Source of the DNA: Candidatus Cryosericum sp.
Lineage (GTDB): Bacteria; Caldisericota; Caldisericia; Cryosericales; Cryosericaceae
Direction of reading: 5' to 3'
Assembly (NCBI GenBank): GCA_049699855.1
Contig: JBNAWM010000049.1
Location: 1-10,949 of the forward strand
Length of the DNA stretch: 10,949 nucleotides
Shown: piece after piece, positions 6,162-10,949 of the stretch
How the letters are laid out: the number at the start of each line of letters is the position of its first letter
Numbering within the stretch: position 1 is the stretch's first letter
Program-made: the position numbers and the translations under genes
Notes under the pieces: model-generated
What the model was told of the DNA's origin: nothing
The model's input: the letters and a program-made list of their open reading frames with translations, nothing else
Database searches by the model: none

Positions 6162-8212
6162 GTACAAACGTTGTCCAAACCATTTGTCCGTTTTGCGGGG
6201 TCGGCTGTGGCATGTACCTGGTCATCGACCATGGGCGGGTCGCTGGTGCCGAAGGCTGGCCGGAGCACCCGGTCAACCGTGGTATGCTTTGTCCCAAAGG
6301 CCGGTTCAGCTATGCGGTGGTGAACAGACCGGATCGTCTGAAGTATCCCATGCGGCGTGATGGTGATACCTGGAACCAGATCACCTGGGATGAGGCTTTC
6401 ACGATGGTGCGCGAGCATCTCGGTGCGCTGCGTGATGAGGACCCCAACAGCATCTACGTCTTTGCGTCGGCTCGGTGCACCAACGAAGAGTCGTACCTGG
6501 CGCAGAAGTTTGCACGTGCAGTCATTGGGACGAACAATGTCGACAACTGCGCACGCATGTGCCATGCGCCATCTGTCTATGCGCTGACACGAGTCTTCGG
6601 CGGGGGTGCCTCGACAAACGGGATGGAAGACCTCGAAGAGGCGGGCTGTGTCCTCGTTTGGGGGTATAACCCATTTGAGACGCATCCGATGCTGTTCCAG
6701 CATATTACGACAGCTCGGAAGGCCGGAGCGAAGCTCATCGTTGTTGACCCCCGAATCACTCAGACGGCAAAGGTTGCAAATATGCATCTTCAGCCTATCC
6801 CCGGGACAGACGGTGCATTGCTTGCGGGTATGATCCACTATATTATTGAGGCGGGCTTGCTGGACCGCAAGTTCATCGAGCGGCGAACCGAGGGATTTGA
6901 TGAGTTGGCAAAGTCCGTGGAAGCATACACGCTGGAGTTGACGTCGTCCCTGACGGGTGTTCCTGTTGCACTCATCCGGGAGGCTGCTCTCACCTATGGG
7001 ACATCATCTGCCAGTTCTATCCTCTTTGGTATGGGTCTTACCCAGCATGTGGGGAGCACCGCGACGATCACGGCATTGTGTCAACTGGCCGTTGTTACCG
7101 GTAACCTTGGACGGCCTGGCACGGGTGTGAACCCTGTGCGTGGCCAGAACAACGTTCAGGGTACTGGCGACATGGGGGCGGTTCCGGATGGGTTGCCCGG
7201 AGGGTCATTGTCGGATGCTGCCGTCCGTGCAGTCATCGAGCAGGAATGGCACGTACCGCTGCCCGAACATCCTGGATTGTTCGCAACAGAGGTCTGGGAT
7301 GCAGCGCAGTCAGGAAAGGTGAAGGCTGCCTATATCATAGGGGAGAACCCCGTGTTGTCCGAGGCCGACAGCGCTGCCGTCATCCGTGGGCTTGGGGCGA
7401 TGGATTTCGTCATCGTTCAGGACGTGTTCATGACAGAGACTGCCCGCTATGCAGATCTTGTCCTGCCCGCATCGCTGTGGGCCGAGAAAGATGGAACTTT
7501 CACCAATACCGAGCGGAGGGTTCAGCGTGTTCGCAAAGTCGTGGAGAGCCCCGAGGCCGCAAACCGTGACTGGCGCATCCTCATCGAAATGGCTGACGCA
7601 CTAGGAGCGGACTGGTATTATCGCAAACCAGAGGACATCTTCGAGGAGATTCGCCGGGTCGTTCCGTCCTATGCCGGGATCTCATATTCGGCACTGAATA
7701 GTCCCGGTTTCGGCCTGCAGTGGCCGGTCACTGAAAGGGGAGATCCGACCGAGATTCTGTATACGGAACGATTTGCCACGCCATCGGGCAAGGCTCATCT
7801 GTCGGCGATTGAATCGATGGGGTGTGCCAGCGAACTTACCGCGGAGTTCCCTATGACATTGATCACTGGGCGGCTCATGGCACAGTACAATACCGGCACA
7901 ATGTCACGACGCATCGACGAACTGAACCGTATCTCGCCCGCGGGGTATGTTGAGCTCAACCGCGAAGACGCCTTGCGGTTGGATATCACGCCGGGGGATC
8001 AGGTACGCGTCACGTCTGAGAGCGGTTCGCTGGTGACACCGGCCAAGGTCGGTGTGACTGTTCCTCGGGGCTTCGTCTTCATTCCCAACCATTTTCAAGA
8101 TACCATGCTGAACGTGCTTGTGCCCAACAACACCGACCCAGTTGCACATACCCCTGCCTACAAGGGGATCCCCGTGCGCATCGAAAAGGAGGAACAGCCT
8201 CAAGTCGACTGA
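6158..8212 (+). CDS. fdhA: Mo/W-bis-PGD formate dehydrogenase alpha subunit, cysteine type, cytoplasmic, 684 aa
   Basis: N-terminal CPFCGVGC...LCPKG [4Fe-4S] motif; SARCTNEE.Y; active site DNCARMCHAPS with Cys encoded by TGC at 6560-6562; GMGLTQH; RGQNNVQG; EKDGTFTNTERRVQ; C-terminal LITGR...YNTG domain. No Tat signal and no N-terminal Fe-S extension. ATGA overlap with the beta-subunit stop. Confidence 0.95.
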   Translation: MSTNVVQTICPFCGVGCGMYLVIDHGRVAGAEGWPEHPVNRGMLCPKGRFSYAVVNRPDRLKYPMRRDGDTWNQITWDEAFTMVREHLGALRDEDPNSIYVFASARCTNEESYLAQKFARAVIGTNNVDNCARMCHAPSVYALTRVFGGGASTNGMEDLEEAGCVLVWGYNPFETHPMLFQHITTARKAGAKLIVVDPRITQTAKVANMHLQPIPGTDGALLAGMIHYIIEAGLLDRKFIERRTEGFDELAKSVEAYTLELTSSLTGVPVALIREAALTYGTSSASSILFGMGLTQHVGSTATITALCQLAVVTGNLGRPGTGVNPVRGQNNVQGTGDMGAVPDGLPGGSLSDAAVRAVIEQEWHVPLPEHPGLFATEVWDAAQSGKVKAAYIIGENPVLSEADSAAVIRGLGAMDFVIVQDVFMTETARYADLVLPASLWAEKDGTFTNTERRVQRVRKVVESPEAANRDWRILIEMADALGADWYYRKPEDIFEEIRRVVPSYAGISYSALNSPGFGLQWPVTERGDPTEILYTERFATPSGKAHLSAIESMGCASELTAEFPMTLITGRLMAQYNTGTMSRRIDELNRISPAGYVELNREDALRLDITPGDQVRVTSESGSLVTPAKVGVTVPRGFVFIPNHFQDTMLNVLVPNNTDPVAHTPAYKGIPVRIEKEEQPQVD

Positions 8213-8219
8213 ATCTGGT

Positions 8220-8879
8220 CTAGCATGCTCCGTGGATCTCGCGCAGATCGATGATCGTCTCCTCGGGTTTGAGAAGGCTGCGGATCTCTTCCTGGCCTAC
8301 GTCTGCAACTTTGAGGATAGTGCGGATGCGGCCAGGCCGGGTTGCTGGAAATGTCGAAATGCTGACGATCAAGCCTCCGGCTTCGACAACTCGGTTGAGG
8401 AGTGAAGCAAGCGCCCCTTTGCGGTTCTCTATCTCGAGTGATGCGCGGACGCTTGAGGTGCGTGAGCCAAGCATTTCCACAAACAACTTGAAGATATCGG
8501 TCTTGGTGATCATTCCGACCAGATGCTGCGACTGAGGAGGATCTACCACAGGCAGGGAGTCAAGATCGTGATCGACCATGATGGCAGCAGCCATTTCAAC
8601 GGGGCAGCTGGCGCAGATGCTCACGAGATCGTGCTGCATGACATCGCGGACAGGGATCAAGGCCGCTTGAGCTGCGGCTTCCACCCAGCTGACCGGCTTC
8701 ACGGCTGAGGGCAGGGCGTACAAAAGGTCGTTCTCTGAAACTGTGCCCACCAGCAGTCCACCTTCGATGACGGGAAGGCCGTGGACCTCACGTGCACGCA
8801 TGATGCTCAGGGCATCAGGCAGCCGTGTGTCGGGAGACACCGCAGCAAAATCCGTGTTCATGTAATCGCGAACCAGCAT
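8220..8879 (-). CDS. CBS-pair + ACT domain protein (AcuB-like), 219 aa
   Basis: Two CBS repeats (MLVRDYM...LPVI...LVGTVSENDL; VRDVM...LPVV...LVGMITKTDI) followed by an ACT domain (ENRKGALASLL...GGLIVSI). G-rich RBS before ATG 8879. Confidence 0.88.
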   Translation of the reverse strand: MLVRDYMNTDFAAVSPDTRLPDALSIMRAREVHGLPVIEGGLLVGTVSENDLLYALPSAVKPVSWVEAAAQAALIPVRDVMQHDLVSICASCPVEMAAAIMVDHDLDSLPVVDPPQSQHLVGMITKTDIFKLFVEMLGSRTSSVRASLEIENRKGALASLLNRVVEAGGLIVSISTFPATRPGRIRTILKVADVGQEEIRSLLKPEETIIDLREIHGAC

Positions 8880-8896
8880 CAACCGCCCCCGGATGG

Positions 8897-9604
8897 TTAG
8901 CGCTTGCGGGCCGTTCCAACAAGGAACGCTCCCGTCAGGGGCTTGAACATGCGGCCAAAGAACTCCTGCCGTGCCGCCCTGCTGTCGTTGAACCCCTCAT
9001 CGCTTGGAAGCGTGTAGATGCAACTCTCCATGGTCAGTGCCCCGAACGTGCCCGTTCGCTGGAAGAGCTGGCGCAGGCCTTTTGGAGACAGGAAATTCGC
9101 GGATCCATACACGGATTCCTCGTGCCTCGCGCGTTCGCGGCGCGCGTCAGCCCAGGGTGAGTCGCTGTTGAGGACGCCGACAACCAACTTCCCACCAGGC
9201 CGCAGGACACGGGCCATTTCCATGAGGGCAGCCAGTGGATCCTTGGCAAACTCGAGAGCGGTTACAGACATCACCAGATCGAATGTTCCGTTCTTGTAAG
9301 GAAGCTGGGCCATGTCGGCCTGGTCGAACCAGATGTACTGACCACGGTCTTGTGCCTTGCGCCGAGCGATCTCGATCATTTTTGACGAAATGTCCACGGC
9401 AGTCACGTCGGCACCACTCTCGGAAAGCCGGATGCTGTACAGACCAGTACCGCATCCCACGTCGAGCACGGTCTTGCCTCGCACAATGCCGGCATGCTTG
9501 AAGATCAGGGCGTTTTCGAGTTCGTCTTCGTAGGCGCCCAAAGGGGTCAAATACCAACTATCATACGTGTCAGCCTTACTGTCGAACAACGTGTCGTCAG
9601 CCAT
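8897..9604 (-). CDS. Class I SAM-dependent methyltransferase, 235 aa
   Basis: Motif I VLDVGCGTG, VTAVDIS..MI, ADMAQLPY..GTFDLV, EMARVLRPGG. GGAGG RBS (complement 9611-9615) precedes ATG 9604. Substrate unknown. Confidence 0.92.
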   Translation of the reverse strand: MADDTLFDSKADTYDSWYLTPLGAYEDELENALIFKHAGIVRGKTVLDVGCGTGLYSIRLSESGADVTAVDISSKMIEIARRKAQDRGQYIWFDQADMAQLPYKNGTFDLVMSVTALEFAKDPLAALMEMARVLRPGGKLVVGVLNSDSPWADARRERARHEESVYGSANFLSPKGLRQLFQRTGTFGALTMESCIYTLPSDEGFNDSRAARQEFFGRMFKPLTGAFLVGTARKR

Positions 9605-9636
9605 CTCGCGCCTCCAGGACCAGATTCGCTCCATTC

Positions 9637-9664
9637 ATTGTCCGCGCAATGAACGCGATTGCAA
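9637..9664 (-). promoter_or_regulatory. Putative promoter of the methyltransferase/AcuB-like unit, overlapped by an inverted repeat
   Basis: Minus strand TTGCAA (9664-9659), 16-nt spacer, GACAAT (9642-9637). The inverted repeat TTCATTG-N6-CAATGAA (9634-9653) covers the -10 box. Confidence 0.4.
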
Positions 9665-9753
9665 GACAGAAGAATGCAGGAGTAACGCCCACATAATATC
9701 AATGTCTAATCCGGCTGCTGAAGGAACCAGAACGACTGGAGGAATCACCTATG

Positions 9754-10395
9754 TCAGACTTCGGTCTTCAAACCGAAGATGCGATAGGCGAGAAGAAAGA
9801 GAGCGACGGCCAGAAGACTGCCGACGGTGTCGACGATGACGTGCTGCTTGAGGACCTGTGTGGCGATGACAGTGACTATCGCAAACAGTGTCATGAGCCA
9901 GGCAACAGGACGGTAACGCCTCTTGACCCACCAGAAGCTCGCAGCGAGAGCAGAAAGCCCGCAATGGAGGGATGGGAAGCAGTTATACGGGTTGTCGCTG
10001 CGGTAGACTTGAAGAAGTTCGTCCACGTACTTGCTGCTGCCCGGCACCAGGTCTGTGGGGCGGGGTACTTGGGTCTGAAACACAATGTATACTCCGTTGC
10101 TGATCGCCTCGATAGCGATGAAGGATGCAGCGAACGCGGTGAAGATCTTTGGATGGAAGACAAAGAAGAACAGGAGACAGAAGTACAGAACGGGCTCCAG
10201 CCAGTTGTACGGAACAACAAACTGCGGGATAACGGGGACCCATCGGTCAAAAGCCGTCTGCAGGATGTGGACGTGGGCAGTCGCGTGATTGGTGAGGTGA
10301 TACCAGGTCGAGGACCAGTAGACGCCGGCGGCAAGGACAATATTGACCAGATAGCGCCGCCAGTTTCTTGCCATGAACTGCTTGAAGCTGTGCAT
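9754..10395 (-). CDS. PAP2-superfamily membrane phosphoesterase/phosphotransferase (IPC-synthase-like subgroup), 213 aa
   Basis: GGGGAGGT RBS (complement 10400-10407) precedes ATG 10395. Motifs: FD..VP.IP.F..PY, FQTQVPRP, D.PYNCFPSLH, ATQVLKQHVIVD; multiple TM helices. Confidence 0.85.
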   Translation of the reverse strand: MHSFKQFMARNWRRYLVNIVLAAGVYWSSTWYHLTNHATAHVHILQTAFDRWVPVIPQFVVPYNWLEPVLYFCLLFFFVFHPKIFTAFAASFIAIEAISNGVYIVFQTQVPRPTDLVPGSSKYVDELLQVYRSDNPYNCFPSLHCGLSALAASFWWVKRRYRPVAWLMTLFAIVTVIATQVLKQHVIVDTVGSLLAVALFLLAYRIFGLKTEV

Positions 10396-10448
10396 GAGTA
10401 CCTCCCCGTGCAAAAACAGATGGTATGAATCACACACCTCCGTGTTTC

Positions 10449-10476
10449 ATCATAGTGGCAGATTTTTGCAGTGCAA
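10449..10476 (-). promoter_or_regulatory. Putative sigma70-type promoter of the second PAP2 gene
   Basis: Minus strand TTGCAC (10476-10471), 16-nt spacer, TATGAT (10454-10449), immediately downstream of the upstream gene's terminator. Confidence 0.55.
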
Positions 10477-10484
10477 GGACATCG

Positions 10485-10512
10485 AAAAAGGCCGGCGACA
10501 TGGCCGGCCTTT
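10485..10512 (-). terminator. Rho-independent terminator of the GltD/NfnB-type gene
   Basis: Perfect 10-bp inverted repeat AAAGGCCGGC (10487-10496) / GCCGGCCTTT (10503-10512) with a 6-nt loop. On the minus strand the GC stem is followed by TTTTT, and it lies 28 nt after the stop codon at 10541. Confidence 0.85.
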
Positions 10513-10540
10513 GGCTGACTTGCCTTGGTCACCACCCTAT

Positions 10541-10949
10541 TCAGGGTGAGGTTTTGTCCTTATCCTTGGTGAGCCAGGCATGGATCGCGCGTGCGGCCTT
10601 GCGGCCTTCGCCCATGGCCAGGATCACGGTCGCCGACCCCAGTACGATGTCTCCACCTGCAAAGATGCCTGGAATGGAAGTCTCCATCGTCTCCTCGTTG
10701 ACCACGATGCCGCCGTGCTTGTTCATTTCCAGACCTGGGAGGGCGGCAGGAATCAATGGGTTGGGAGCATTGCCGATGGCCACGATGACGAGATCCGCGG
10801 GCTCTCGGGTGACCTGACCGGGGATTGGAAGGGGCCGTCTGCGGCCCGATGCATCCGGCTCGCCGAGCTGCATGTGCTGCATGTTCAGGCCCGTCACCCA
10901 TCCCTGGTCATTGCCGAGGATTTCCAGTGGACTCTGCAGAAAGCGGAAC
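10541..10949 (-). CDS. C-terminal part of an NADPH-dependent glutamate synthase small-subunit-like flavoprotein (GltD / Nfn large subunit / SudA family); 5' part lies outside the window
   Basis: Frame open from the window end: FRFLQSPLEILGNDQGWV...MQLGEPDASGRRRP...ADLVIVAIG...TSIPGIFAGGDIVLGSATVILAMGEGRKAARAI, a characteristic C-terminus of this family. Confidence 0.9.
   Translation of the reverse strand, partial: FRFLQSPLEILGNDQGWVTGLNMQHMQLGEPDASGRRRPLPIPGQVTREPADLVIVAIGNAPNPLIPAALPGLEMNKHGGIVVNEETMETSIPGIFAGGDIVLGSATVILAMGEGRKAARAIHAWLTKDKDKTSP

Noticed and set aside
6560..6610. Selenocysteine recoding or SECIS in fdhA
   Set aside because: The active-site codon is TGC (Cys), the frame has no internal TGA, and only a weak 4-bp stem follows.
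9751..10428. 225-aa plus-strand ORF antisense to the second PAP2 gene
   Set aside because: It is an in-register antisense shadow of a hydrophobic gene, and its acidic/Lys-rich composition is what such a mirror produces. No motifs. An upstream GGAGG (9738-9742) exists but is not sufficient evidence.
10400..10443. Duplicated SD-like sequence (CACGGAGGT and CACGGGGAGGT) upstream of the second PAP2 gene as a leader-peptide signal
   Set aside because: The upstream GGAGG has no start codon at usable spacing; the nearby GTGs overlap it or lie within 3 nt.
1..10949. CRISPR arrays, tRNA/rRNA, IS elements, integrases, and the remaining short alternative-frame ORFs in the track
   Set aside because: No regularly spaced repeats, RNA-gene signatures or transposase/integrase motifs were seen. 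The other ORFs overlap better-supported genes and lack motifs.

Overview
Gene-dense window from what looks like an anaerobic bacterium: Shine-Dalgarno sites, sigma70-like promoters and an intrinsic terminator are visible, but the taxon cannot be assigned from sequence alone. Gene order: 5'-truncated MFS transporter (+); PAP2-family membrane phosphatase (-); a three-gene unit (+) of an ATC-hydrolase-like (V4R-like) protein, a divergent threonine-synthase-like PLP enzyme and a fumarylacetoacetate hydrolase family protein; a 98-aa membrane protein (-); a two-gene formate dehydrogenase unit (+); a CBS+ACT (AcuB-like) protein (-); a class I SAM methyltransferase (-); a second PAP2-like protein (-); and the 3' end of a GltD/NfnB/SudA-type flavoprotein (-) with its terminator. 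No RNA genes, CRISPR arrays or mobile elements were seen. The best candidate for an undescribed system is the formate dehydrogenase: a methanogen-type FrhB/FdhB-family beta subunit sits upstream of a compact Cys-type alpha subunit in a bacterial context, and several beta-subunit cofactor motifs are altered. The second candidate is the ATC-hydrolase/ThrC-paralog/FAH cluster, whose PLP enzyme lacks the phosphohomoserine-binding residues and may serve an unknown amino-acid catabolic route. All family calls are motif recognition from memory; no database searches were run.
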